From positions 1-34,954 of the forward strand of contig JWZX01002851.1 of assembly GCA_001275005.1 (NCBI GenBank): DNA of 34,954 bases. The letters are read 5' to 3'. Positions 21,940 to 31,535 of the stretch are shown piece by piece. Each line of letters begins with the position of its first letter. Positions within the stretch are counted from its first letter, which is position 1. The translations under genes were made by a program, and so were the position numbers. The DNA comes from Chrysochromulina tobinii (Eukaryota). The notes under the pieces are model-generated. The model did not search any database. It was not told the DNA's origin and saw only the letters and a list, made by a program, of their open reading frames with translations.

Positions 21940-22719
21940 CTATCTGACATATGCAGATCGGCGAGCCAAATTGGCGAGGCCAAATCTTTCCCTTACGTGG
22001 TTCAGCACTGGGTGTGAAGCATTGGCGGCCGTGGCGACGTTCCGTGTGAATATGAGGTCCTCCGTGTCACGCCGCGCCACCTCGTAGGCCTCGAGGAAGG
22101 TGTAGCCGTTGCGGGCCATGGCGCGCTGGATGCGAGCCTTTTTGCCGCGCTGTGCGGGATAACCCCCCTCGTGGAGCTGCTCGATCTGGACGACCTCGAT
22201 GTTGAACTCGGCCCACGGGAAGTCCTCGATGATGTCCGCCTCCGACCCCTCGGTGTCGATGGTCATGTAATCCACTGTTTGAACCCCGTGTGCTCGCAAC
22301 TCGTCGGCGAGGTGGAAGCACTTGACCTTCATGGTGCGTCGCATACTCGTGCTGCGTGACGGCTCGTACGTTGACATGGCGCCGCTCCAGCCAGGGAACT
22401 GGCTAATCCCAAATGTGAGCTCAGTCTGGGCGCGTGGGCACACGGCGCCCTCGTACACGATGGCGGCCGGTCGGTTCTGTCGCAGGTTTGGCAGCTGACT
22501 CGGGTCTACTTCGAATAGCATGCCTCGCCAGCCCAACTGCTTCTCGAAGAAGTACGTGTTGCTGTGCTCCTTGCCGTCACGCGCGCCGAACTCGACATAG
22601 AAGCCTTTGCCACATTTGAGCAGCAGGTTCTTGAGGACGTGCTTATCTTGCCCGGCTTGCGCCTGGAAGTCACTTTGCGCCTGGAAGTCCCTTTCCAAAG
22701 TGACGCAAAGTGAATGCAT
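21940..22719 (-). CDS. FkbM-family (Methyltransf_21) SAM-dependent methyltransferase
   Basis: QAGQD, GFYVEFGARDGKEHSNTYFFEKQLGWRGMLFE, VDYMTIDTEGSE. The 5' end is uncertain and an upstream exon is possible. Confidence 0.88.
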   Translation of the reverse strand: MHSLCVTLERDFQAQSDFQAQAGQDKHVLKNLLLKCGKGFYVEFGARDGKEHSNTYFFEKQLGWRGMLFEVDPSQLPNLRQNRPAAIVYEGAVCPRAQTELTFGISQFPGWSGAMSTYEPSRSTSMRRTMKVKCFHLADELRAHGVQTVDYMTIDTEGSEADIIEDFPWAEFNIEVVQIEQLHEGGYPAQRGKKARIQRAMARNGYTFLEAYEVARRDTEDLIFTRNVATAANASHPVLNHVRERFGLANLARRSAYVR

Positions 22720-23134
22720 CAGCCTTCAGTGCACGCCTTCAAGAGTCGTCGCCAGGCGTGCGTCTTTGCGCGCCTCCTGGTCTCTTGGACGAACATCAAT
22801 TGTCCATGTACGGATATGGAAGTTAAGTTTGGGTTTCAGGCAGAGTCTTCTCCGCCTCCTCAGTCCTCACCAAACGAATAATGTTGGGGGCCCAGCACCG
22901 GGCCCAGCACGAAATCCTGTATGTTCAGGCGCCAATGTCTAAAGGCGAGGAGGGTCCACACAAGGGCCCCCATTTTCTCGAAACGCATCTTCACGAGGGG
23001 TCGCACGGACGCCTTTCGTTTTTCATCACAGAAAAAAGATTAGCGCGTTCACAGCCTTGGATGAACGAGGTAGGAATCTTCTCGGAACAGAACGCTCCCG
23101 GGGAGGAAAGAGGGCGGTGTTCAGCGACAGCAGC

Positions 23135-23920
23135 ATGTTGCCGCTCAGTGTTCTCAGTGCGCGCGCGTTCATCTGGCGCGCCGTGCCGATCTCCCTCATG
23201 CGTCGATCAGCATCCGATCTCACTGCTGCAGTGATTATGACATCGGCCGATTCGGCGAAGCGAGAGCATCTCCTCTTCGATGCCGGCTTCCCGCAAAAGA
23301 TCATGATAACTCTTGCGGGGCTGACATTCGTCGGCGCGCTGTTTTCTCCGCACCTCAATTTGCTCTTGCAGCGGTTCCTCGCGCGCCTCGAGTGCTGGTC
23401 TCTGCTCGGGCTGCTATCCTCATCGTGCTGCGTGTTGCAGCTGGTGCTCAACGTCTTCTCAGTCGGGTGCGCAGGGTTCAACACCGTGCTCGGGCCCGCG
23501 CGACCGTACTTCGTCGCGCTTACCATGTACCTGCAGTCGGTCGTGTGGCGGCAGGCAAGCCTGAAGCCTGTCGACAGGCTGGTAGCCACAGCGCTCTGCG
23601 CGGTGCTCACCACCCTCCCCGAGCAGCTCTGGGTTTGGCAACGACGCGATCGATGGCTCAGCTGGAGGCGTAATTGCGGCGTAATCGCGGCGGAGGGCAA
23701 GCAATTGCACCTTCGTGTCTCGGGCATGGGGTGCACCGCATGCACAGCTAAGGTATACACGACTCTGTCAGCCGTGGATGGCGTCGACGCGTGCGACGTG
23801 GCACTCGAGAGCGGCACAGCAACGCTCCGGCTGCAAGCGGACGTGCTTGCACCCGCCGAGGTGGAGCAGAAGGCGATCGACGCTGTGATTGCCGCTGGGT
23901 TTCGCGCCGAGCGCATTTAG
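23135..23920 (+). CDS. Membrane protein with MerT-like Cys-pair TM region and C-terminal heavy-metal-associated (HMA) domain
   Basis: TM segment LLGLLSSSCCVLQLVLN..GCAGF..LGPARPYF, and HMA domain LRVSGMGCTACTAKV..VDGVDACDVALESGTA..AGF. Confidence 0.85.
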   Translation: MLPLSVLSARAFIWRAVPISLMRRSASDLTAAVIMTSADSAKREHLLFDAGFPQKIMITLAGLTFVGALFSPHLNLLLQRFLARLECWSLLGLLSSSCCVLQLVLNVFSVGCAGFNTVLGPARPYFVALTMYLQSVVWRQASLKPVDRLVATALCAVLTTLPEQLWVWQRRDRWLSWRRNCGVIAAEGKQLHLRVSGMGCTACTAKVYTTLSAVDGVDACDVALESGTATLRLQADVLAPAEVEQKAIDAVIAAGFRAERI

Positions 23921-23944
23921 GCGGGATTTGACGAAGATTATGTC

Positions 23945-24151
23945 CTACCGTACGCGCGGCACTCGCTGCCGCCGCGCTGCGTCGGCGCTCGGCTGGGCCC
24001 GGCCGGCGGACGCGGGTCCGGCAGACCAATAATAATAGGGGGGGTTGTAACCGCGCAACCAATGATGATCGTGCGAGGAGTATAGGAAGGGCCTTTCTAC
24101 CGTCGCGTCGACGGTGTTAAATGACATATCGTATGGCGAAACGATACCCAT
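23945..24151 (-). CDS. Possible 68-aa small protein
   Basis: MGIVSPYDMSFNTVDATVERPFLYSSHDHHWLRGYNPPYYYW has an aromatic-rich composition atypical of chance ORFs in this GC background. TATTTAAA lies about 30 nt upstream on the same strand. Confidence 0.3.
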   Translation of the reverse strand: MGIVSPYDMSFNTVDATVERPFLYSSHDHHWLRGYNPPYYYWSAGPASAGRAQPSADAARRQRVPRVR

Positions 24152-24747
24152 GCGCCCAGTGGTCGCCCGCGTCGATACCGATTTAAATACCCTTACCGCG
24201 CCGTACCGCGCGTTTTCGCGCGCGTACAACCGTAAGCCTCCAGCAGTGTTCGCACCGGCGGCGGCGCGCGGCGCGATTCGACTATGCCAGCGTGGGTGGG
24301 GTGTCGCTCGCCCGCGATCAGATCGGTGGATCGATCATCGGTACGCGTAGTAAGAGCGACGAGCGCGCGAGCGGCTGAGCGGTAAAGCGTGCGGCGCCCG
24401 GCCGGGTGTGCACGTCGACCCCCGCGGCGCGCCGTTACGTGCGTTAAACTTTAAAGAGCCAAGAGCCGAAGCCCGCCGCGGTAATAGCGTCGGGAGGCCT
24501 TGCTGTTTGCGGCACTAGCCACTAGCGCCGGGTCCGTACCACAGGGCCGGTCCTAGCGGTGGGGCGAGCCGGTGCGTATAGTATATTATTTCGTGACGTT
24601 CCAATTCGTCTGGGCACTCGAGCACTCCATGCTCGACTCCGGACGCTCCAGACGAAAAAGGCGTGTCTGCTCCGCTCACTGCTATCTCCGCTTGCTGCAC
24701 GGTACTAGGATGTTTCCTGCTCGTAAACGACTAGATCTCCGATCGAA

Positions 24748-26634
24748 TCAACAGCTTCCCCCGTCGCCTTGCGAGGTGCCGCTGCCAGTCTCAGCTACTA
24801 AGTCCCACCTAGCTCGCCCGAGGAGGTTGCGCACGCGGCGAAGCAGCTCGTGCACGTGGCTGAGCACCATCCGCGCCGGCTCGCGCAGGCTTCGCTGCAG
24901 CTGGTGCACTCGCGCGCCCGCACACGCGACACCGCAGATGGCACCGCACGCCAACTGACGCAGATCGCACACGATGCCGAGGCTGCTCAGGGCACGAAGG
25001 GGCGTGCGTGTAGCTGCGTGCGCGAGGGCCACAGCCTCCGTCACTCGATGTGGCCGCGGCGCCGAGGGCGGCGGCGCCACCACCGCGAGCTCACGGCCAC
25101 TCCCACCCAAGCCGAGTAGCAGCGGCAGCAGGAGCAGCAGGAGCAGCAGCAGCAGCGCCGAGAGAAGACGCGCGTCCGCCGCAAGCTTGAGAGCGCAGGC
25201 TCGCTGCCGCGGGCGCATCCGCGAACGCTCCAGCGCATCGGCGCGCTGCCACCCGAGCAGGTCAACGGCAAGCGCGGCCACGGACGCGTTGCCGGCAGAG
25301 GCTGAGACCACACTCGGCGCGATGAGCGATGCGGAAGATTCACTTGGGCTGAGGGCGGGCTCGGGCTCGGCGACGCCCTCCACACGATAGCCACAGAACA
25401 GCAGCGCGGCCAGCAGCGCGTCGGGACTGACGGTACGAAGCCCAAGCTCCGCTGCGGATTGCTGATAGAACTCCAACGGCTGGGTCTCGGTGGGCTGTCG
25501 ACATCCCCTGTGGCGCAGCACACACTGCAGCTGCACTGTGCTCAGATGCGTTACAGTCAGCGAGCGCAACGGTCTGGGCTGAGGCGCCGCTTGCCGGCGT
25601 GCGGCCGCCACCGCGCTGCCGCTCGTCTCGAGTATGTTGATCGGGATGTTCGCCGAGCTCTCTGCCTGCATGCGGTCTGGAGTGACGACACGGTGGGGTG
25701 ACGACACGGGCGTGCCGCTGGTCTCTGATGGGCTTGCCGAGCTGGCGACAGCAGAGCCGGCTGCGCACTTACGAGGAGGTGAGGTCGCCAAGCCGCTGGT
25801 CGGCAACGCCTGCTGCTGCTGCTGCAAGTACGCCTGCTGCTGCTGCGAGTACGCCTGCTGCTGCTGCGAGTACGCCTGCTGCTGAGGCGACGGCAGAGGG
25901 CCGAGGCGCTGATTGGCCTTGTTCTCGGCAGCCTCATTATGGGCTGCAAGCTGGCCCACGTCCCGCGAGCGCTGCTCCCAGTTGTCAAGCGCGATGCCGT
26001 GCTCGCTCACAATCTCGGCGGCCGCGCGCTGCTCAGCCGCCCGCTGCACCGCCGCCTCCCTAGCCGCCCGCGCGCGTGCGAGCGCTGACACATTCACAGT
26101 CGTGCCTCTGGCCGTCTGTGCCCTGTCGAGGGCGTCGCGGTACAGAGCATCGTTGATTGCTTTCGCCGTCGTCGAATGGACGAGCGCGACAATATCCTCG
26201 AAGCGGGCAGGCTGGTCGTCGAAGAAACCATTGGCCGCGGCGTGCGTTGAACCATCGATAGCGACCGGGGTACTCGGAACCTCCCCTGTTGTCTCGACAT
26301 CGGCGTGCCCGGCACGCAACGACGTCTGTTCGTCCACAGCGAGCATGTCAAACTGAATTGGGCCCTCGCTACCGCGTGTTTGCGAGCGAAGCAGCTGGCG
26401 GCTCATTGTGGGTGAGGGCAGCATGTTCATTGAGGGCGGCATCGGCGAGTTGTGAAAGAGGTTGTTGAACTCTGCTGGAAGACTGCTGGAAGACTGTAGC
26501 CCTCCAGTGGCAGAACTCGGAGGAGTAAGAGCGCCCTCACTCCAGAACTGCTCGTCCTTTGGTATCGCGGAGTTCTGAATGCAGACGGCTACCGGCGCCA
26601 TCAGCTTATGAAAGGCTAGCAGAAGCTCCTCCAT
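24748..26634 (-). CDS. Hypothetical low-complexity protein (628 aa) with one strong TM helix and a possible SAP/LEM-like motif
   Basis: Long ORF with Ser/Pro/Gln-rich tracts, VTHLSTVQLQCVLRHRG and TM LLSALLLLLLLLLLPLLLGLGG. Confidence 0.65.
   Translation of the reverse strand: MEELLLAFHKLMAPVAVCIQNSAIPKDEQFWSEGALTPPSSATGGLQSSSSLPAEFNNLFHNSPMPPSMNMLPSPTMSRQLLRSQTRGSEGPIQFDMLAVDEQTSLRAGHADVETTGEVPSTPVAIDGSTHAAANGFFDDQPARFEDIVALVHSTTAKAINDALYRDALDRAQTARGTTVNVSALARARAAREAAVQRAAEQRAAAEIVSEHGIALDNWEQRSRDVGQLAAHNEAAENKANQRLGPLPSPQQQAYSQQQQAYSQQQQAYLQQQQQALPTSGLATSPPRKCAAGSAVASSASPSETSGTPVSSPHRVVTPDRMQAESSANIPINILETSGSAVAAARRQAAPQPRPLRSLTVTHLSTVQLQCVLRHRGCRQPTETQPLEFYQQSAAELGLRTVSPDALLAALLFCGYRVEGVAEPEPALSPSESSASLIAPSVVSASAGNASVAALAVDLLGWQRADALERSRMRPRQRACALKLAADARLLSALLLLLLLLLLPLLLGLGGSGRELAVVAPPPSAPRPHRVTEAVALAHAATRTPLRALSSLGIVCDLRQLACGAICGVACAGARVHQLQRSLREPARMVLSHVHELLRRVRNLLGRARWDLVAETGSGTSQGDGGSC
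25807..25884 (-). repeat. 21-bp tandem repeat encoding QQQQAY(S/L), about 3.5 copies
   Basis: Units of gtacgcctgctgctgctgcga are read directly. Confidence 0.9.
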
Positions 26635-26785
26635 CGTGCGTGAATTAATACGTTACTGTGAATGGCCGTTACGTCAGTCTCTTCGCATGAGAGTGATACA
26701 TAACGGATAATAAATTTACCTCAGGGACTTCACAGCCAATGGTCAAATTCGACTTCACAGCCTATTGTTGACTTCACACTCGAGA
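26635..26785. promoter_or_regulatory. Putative bidirectional promoter with three GACTTCACA copies facing the + gene and one inverted TTCACAG facing the - gene
   Basis: AT-rich 151-bp spacer between divergent ATGs, with gacttcacagcc at 26726 and 26751, gacttcacact at 26770 and ctgtgaa at 26656. Confidence 0.55.
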
Positions 26786-27190
26786 ATGCTGCTCTGCTTT
26801 TGCGCCTCGGGCCTGATCGTGCCGACGCCGCCCCAAATGGCGACAACGTCCATGTACGCGCCTCTCATGCAGCAGACGATTGCACAACGGATGACGCCGG
26901 TGCCCGCCTCCAGCGCCATCTTCCCGAGCAACGACGCGCCTTCCATGCTCCTCGCAAAAGTGTTCAAGCCTGAGGACATCAAGAAGCCAGAGCTCACGCC
27001 CGAGGAGGAGGAAGTCGCTAAGCAGGAGGCGCGCTTCAAATTTGGTTTGATCGTGCTTGCCTCGGCGCTGCCCTCATTATGGGCGCAGGACAAGTTGGTG
27101 TGGGAAAAGGAGCGGGCAGGTAAACAGGTCTACGGCTCGAAGGAACCGAAGACGAAGGCCTCTAAGAAGAAGTCATTGAGGCGCAAGTGA
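26786..27190 (+). CDS. Small single-TM protein (134 aa), probably plastid-targeted
   Basis: Short hydrophobic N-terminus, Pro/Thr/Ser-rich presequence ending AIFPSNDAPSMLLA, acidic segment, TM FKFGLIVLASALPSLWA and a basic tail. Confidence 0.7.
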   Translation: MLLCFCASGLIVPTPPQMATTSMYAPLMQQTIAQRMTPVPASSAIFPSNDAPSMLLAKVFKPEDIKKPELTPEEEEVAKQEARFKFGLIVLASALPSLWAQDKLVWEKERAGKQVYGSKEPKTKASKKKSLRRK

Positions 27191-27419
27191 AATTCATTGG
27201 CATGCATGGACCTCACGGCATGGATACGTCATGGTGTGCATCCACAGACCGGGTCCCACGAGACGGCGAGAACCTGAACATTGAAAACAGAGTTGGCCGG
27301 TCGTGTTGCCCCCAGCGGGAACGAAAAACCTCGTCTCAGATCATCGACAATTCCTGTCACTGTCGCGACACCGCGTCGAATACCGCCAAACGCATCGTTA
27401 AAAACGCCGTGCTGAGCGA

Positions 27420-28838
27420 ATGGCGTCGGCGTCCGTGAGGGCCAGCCGGGTGCTGCCCGACGATCTGGTCGTGGTCGTCCCGCACCGGGATGGCGGCAGC
27501 GCTTATCACTGGAGGAGCAGGATCTCACCTTTTGCGTCGGCCCTTGCAGGCTCCGATGCGGTCCACATCGGCTGGTGCGCGTCCCGCGGCCGATGCATCC
27601 TCGCCGCTCGAGCCATAAAGTGCGGCGAGTTGGTGATGCATGTTCCTGCCCTCGGGCACGTGCTCTTTGACGACGGCCGTCCGAACTCTCGCTCGTGTGC
27701 GTACGAATCCGACGAATTCGGCCTGGATGAGGCCGCGGTTGCCTTGGCCATCGCCGTCATGCAAAGCGAGGAGCAGAGGTGCATCGTCCGAGCCCTCAGT
27801 GCCGACGAGGCCGACGATGGCGATGTGGCGGTGCTGAAGCGGGTGGTCCACCGAATAAGAGCTCATTCCAGTCCGCTGCCGCCGCCTATAGCCACGCTGG
27901 CTGATGACGAGCTCGCACGCCTCTGCCTCCGTGTGAAGCGCAACCTCCATGTGAGCCGCGACGACGAGACAGCGACACGTGCGACCGGCGTTGGCCTTTA
28001 CCCTGCGGCCGCACTCTTCAACCACTCGTGCAGCCCGTCCGTGTGCTTCGCATGGAGCGAGCGCGGCCGCTGCTTGCAAGCGCGCGCGATCGTGGACGTG
28101 CCGGCGGGCGCCGAGCTCTGCTGCTCGTACCTCTCAGACGAGCAACTCTACTCCCCCCTAGCTGAGCGTGCAACTTTGCTCCGGGCTGCCTTTGGATTCG
28201 ATTTAGATCAGTGTCCGGAGCGCTGCGCCGCCGAGCACGCGAGCGTGGCCGAGGGCAGCCCGAGTGCCGCGCTTGAGCGCGAGGCGCACGCGCGCATCGG
28301 CGCCGTGCGTGCGGCGCTCCGAGAATCAAAGGGCGCAAAGAGCGAGCACGCGGCCGACGATACCGGTACGCTTGGGGGCGCGGCGAAGCGTCTTCTCCAC
28401 TTTCTCAACACGGGCTTGCAAGGTTCGGTCCACCCGTTCCATTGGCTCGTGATGGAGGCGCACGCAGCGCTGCTCGCGGCCGTGCGCGCCGACGGCGTAG
28501 ACGAGCCACAAGCCGTCGCCAAAACAACGCTCCACCTCATCGCAGCCTGCGAGTTCCACTTGCCGCACGGCACGCCGCACCTCGCCGCCCTATACTCGGC
28601 GCACGGTGGCGCGCTGTGCCGCGTGCTCAGGGTGGGCGGCCTGTCGGCCAATGAGCACGAGCATGTGTGTGTGGCGGCGCTTCGATCGCTCACCGCGGCG
28701 CACCGCATCCGCAAGTGCTGCCTCGGAGAGAGCCACCCGCTCACCCGCGCGACCGCTGCAGCTGTCGAGCGCCAGAGGCAGCGCGCGTATGCGGTGACCC
28801 CGACGCCCGACGCTTACCGCGCACACACCGGGGGCTGA
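27420..28838 (+). CDS. SMYD-like split SET-domain protein with helical C-terminus
   Basis: RGRCILAARAIKCGELV, GVGLYPAAALFNHSCSPSV, RAIVDVPAGAELCCSYL, and a TPR-like C-terminal part ending CLGESHPLT. Confidence 0.88.
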   Translation: MASASVRASRVLPDDLVVVVPHRDGGSAYHWRSRISPFASALAGSDAVHIGWCASRGRCILAARAIKCGELVMHVPALGHVLFDDGRPNSRSCAYESDEFGLDEAAVALAIAVMQSEEQRCIVRALSADEADDGDVAVLKRVVHRIRAHSSPLPPPIATLADDELARLCLRVKRNLHVSRDDETATRATGVGLYPAAALFNHSCSPSVCFAWSERGRCLQARAIVDVPAGAELCCSYLSDEQLYSPLAERATLLRAAFGFDLDQCPERCAAEHASVAEGSPSAALEREAHARIGAVRAALRESKGAKSEHAADDTGTLGGAAKRLLHFLNTGLQGSVHPFHWLVMEAHAALLAAVRADGVDEPQAVAKTTLHLIAACEFHLPHGTPHLAALYSAHGGALCRVLRVGGLSANEHEHVCVAALRSLTAAHRIRKCCLGESHPLTRATAAAVERQRQRAYAVTPTPDAYRAHTGG

Positions 28839-29284
28839 CTGGACGTGATGTCGATCATTGCGCGTCACCTTTGAGTTCCAACGCCGTGAATTCAGGCGTT
28901 AGTTTGTAGTCCTCCACGTTACGAGTCTGAGTGTGCTCCTAGGTGGTAGTGTCGACGTATGGCGGCTTTCGACTCGTTCGTTAATTTAGCGGTGCACGAG
29001 GTGTTGTACCATATTGATGTGCACGAGTGCACGACTCCGTACGAACGTCTTCGAACGTCGCTCTTCCTCTACGGAGCCGGGGCTCTTCGAAGAGTACTCC
29101 GAAGAGCATCTTAATCGTTTCCGATCGGTCGGCACGTGCCCGTGGGCGTGGCGCGCGTGACGTGCGCGTGGACCAGCCGTGCCGACGCCCGAGGCCCGTG
29201 CGCACGTGCTCGGCGGGGGTTTGCCTCTTCCTCCACTAAGACCGGATCGCGGCAGCGCCCGCGCCTTTTTGGCCAAGTGTATGG

Positions 29285-30193
29285 CTATGAGTTTGGGCGT
29301 ATCGGATCGCGGGGGAACCTGCTCCTTCGTCGGCCATCCAGCGCGCGTTCGGCACCTTGACGCCGAAAGACCATCAGCGTGTCGCGGAACCAATGGATGT
29401 CACTCACGCCGAGCCGCAGCGTCCTCTCGTCCGCCATCTGGCGCTCGTATCCCAACGCCTTGAGCCGCTGCTCCACCCACGCATTCGTGCGCAGATTCAC
29501 ATGCCCGTTGCCTCCGGCATTATTGGACCAAGAGAGGACGATTCCGATCGTGTTGAGCCGGTCGAGGTTGGCGATCAGCGTCTCTTCGAACTCGCGCGGG
29601 ATGTGTTCGGCCGTCTCAAGGCACAGCACCCAGTCCGCAGCAGGCTCGCGCATGGGCTGCGTCAGGTCGGCGCGCCGCACCAGGCCGCCGGTGAGCTCGG
29701 CCACATTCGGTGCACCATCGAAGGCGCGCACCTTGATGCTGGGTATGTCAGCTCTGGGCGATGGCGCGCGACGAAGCGCGTCGGCGTAGCAGCCTTTGCC
29801 AGCGCCCAACTCGACCACGGAACTGCCCGCAAAGAGGCGCGTCAGCACTATGACGATACCGCGGTCCAAAAAGTAGGTGTACGTCGGCGAAAGTTCCCAC
29901 GCGCCGGATGAGGTCACCTTGGTGTCGTGGCGCACCTGGTCAACCTTGGCTGGGCAATCGACCTCGCTGCCGCCACGCATGCACATCGCGCGCCCAAACG
30001 TCACCTGACACACCGGCTGCACATACCGCGGCGGCGGCGGCGGCGGCGGCGGCGGATCCTCGTTGTCGTCCAGTGCAACATTTCTCTCAAGCTCGAGGCG
30101 CACTGGCGAGGCAGCCCTCGTTTCGAGATGAAGCAGCAGCAATAGCAGCACGCACGCGACCAATGTCACGGCCATGAGGGCGTAGCCTGCCAT
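29285..30193 (-). CDS. Class I SAM-dependent methyltransferase with N-terminal membrane anchor (type II, Golgi-like topology)
   Basis: TM ALMAVTLVACVLLLLLL, poly-Pro stem, SVVELGAGKGCY, RAFDG, DWVLCLETAEHIP, GIVLSWS..GGNGHVN. Confidence 0.85.
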   Translation of the reverse strand: MAGYALMAVTLVACVLLLLLLHLETRAASPVRLELERNVALDDNEDPPPPPPPPPRYVQPVCQVTFGRAMCMRGGSEVDCPAKVDQVRHDTKVTSSGAWELSPTYTYFLDRGIVIVLTRLFAGSSVVELGAGKGCYADALRRAPSPRADIPSIKVRAFDGAPNVAELTGGLVRRADLTQPMREPAADWVLCLETAEHIPREFEETLIANLDRLNTIGIVLSWSNNAGGNGHVNLRTNAWVEQRLKALGYERQMADERTLRLGVSDIHWFRDTLMVFRRQGAERALDGRRRSRFPRDPIRPNS

Positions 30194-30539
30194 GTCGCGT
30201 GATTTGTCCGACTGTGGCGGCGACGCGGTCCGGTCACGCACGAGCAGCACGTGAAGGCTTTCGTGGGCGCCTCCAACATCCCCTTGTGTTCGCACGACAA
30301 AAAGGTCCGCCCGGCCCGAGGGACTGTTTTGTTACTGAAAGGCGCTTTGTACCCTGACAGGAACTCGAGTCGAGTTGTCGTAATCCGACAAATAGTTTCG
30401 TGCTGTGGCGCAGGCGGCTCGCCACGTGCCTTCCTCCCTCGCGTGTACCGGTAAAGCGGTCCCGCCCCCCGCGCGCGTGCGGGCACGAGAAGCGTGGCAC
30501 ACCACCGACGAGGTCGGGCGGCTGATCCACTTTCCTTGG

Positions 30540-31250
30540 TTACAACTTGTTGAAGCCCCGCAGACGCTTGCGTGTGGCCGCGGCGACCGCGCCGTTGTTG
30601 TACGCCGAAAAGTACATGAGCGTGGTGTTGGCGTCGATGCCCTCGAGGACAAGGAGGGCGTCCTCATCGTGCAGTTGGTTGCAGTTGAGGTTCAGGTACG
30701 TGAGCGTCTTGTTTGCCTTGAGCATCGCGCCGATGGCCGCACCTTGCCCACGCGAAAAGTTGTCACTCATGTCAAGCCAAGTGAGCTTCGTGTTCGTCTC
30801 GAGCGCCTTCATGAGCTTGCCGATGGAGTCCTCGTGAATGTCGTTGTTCTTGATGTCCACCTTGCTGATGTTTGAGGTCGGCTCCGCGAGCACCGCCGCG
30901 AGCGCGTCACCAAAGTTGTCGGGTTGCTCGTTCCAGAAGGAGACGTTGCGTGCGATGTTGAGCTCGGTGAGCTGCGTGTTGCCCAGGCAGCAGTTCATGA
31001 TGGCACCCATCGTTTCCGAGTCGAGGTTGCGGCGCGCGACGTCGAGCACCTTGAGTTCGGGCGAGTTGGTCGTCAGCGTGAGGAAGAGCTTCTCGTTGGG
31101 CATGTAGCCCGTGTGCTCCGTCTGCTTGCCCTTGAAATAAAAGTCGAAGTAGGGCAGCGTCTCCTCAGGGTAGAAGCCCGTGCCCGCCCATTTGCCGTCA
31201 AAGGACTGCGTGCCCTTGTACTCCTTGCCCGAGACGAAGGCGGCCGGCAT
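30540..31250 (-). CDS. Leucine-rich-repeat protein (RNI-like, about 28-aa repeats)
   Basis: LKVLDVARRNL, NTQLTELNIARN, ISKVDIKNNDI, NTKLTWLDMSDN, NKTLTYLNLNCNQL, NTTLMYFSAYNN. Start placed at the first in-frame ATG. Confidence 0.85.
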   Translation of the reverse strand: MPAAFVSGKEYKGTQSFDGKWAGTGFYPEETLPYFDFYFKGKQTEHTGYMPNEKLFLTLTTNSPELKVLDVARRNLDSETMGAIMNCCLGNTQLTELNIARNVSFWNEQPDNFGDALAAVLAEPTSNISKVDIKNNDIHEDSIGKLMKALETNTKLTWLDMSDNFSRGQGAAIGAMLKANKTLTYLNLNCNQLHDEDALLVLEGIDANTTLMYFSAYNNGAVAAATRKRLRGFNKL

Positions 31251-31535
31251 GGCGCCACCACCGAAGAGATGACCATGTGAGCCACGAACGAGACTTGCCA
31301 CAAATGGAAGTCTGGGACCTTCGTGTGGGCATGTAAAAGTTAGAAACCAAGCCAGGCGAGAATCGCGCGCACGCTATCTATCTCCGCCCGCATCTCGCAA
31401 GGAAGCAGGCGCGCATGTCTGCACCTTGACTTGACTTGGCCCTGGGCGCCGCCCATGAAAGAATTTTGATCACAGAGGTCGTGCCCGTCTAGTCGGTGGT
31501 CTCGTGGACGCGTCACAGGGTGGGTGTGCACATCC

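Noticed and set aside
22886..22910. Duplicated gggcccagcac in a divergent spacer as a plant site II element
   Set aside because: Only two copies, not repeated in the other promoters, and the cognate TCP factors are streptophyte-specific.
29082..29108. Hairpin gctcttcg..gagtactc..cgaagagc between convergent genes
   Set aside because: Single short inverted repeat with no second copy or target-site duplication; not enough to call a MITE or ncRNA.
12263..30193. Four methyltransferases as a biosynthetic cluster
   Set aside because: They belong to unrelated families, are dispersed among unrelated genes and have no backbone synthase nearby.
30540..31250. LRR protein as a tropomodulin partnered with the actin-oxidising neighbour
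   Set aside because: Only generic RNI-like repeats are visible, no tropomyosin-binding region is recognised, and adjacency is weak evidence where most genes are head-to-head.
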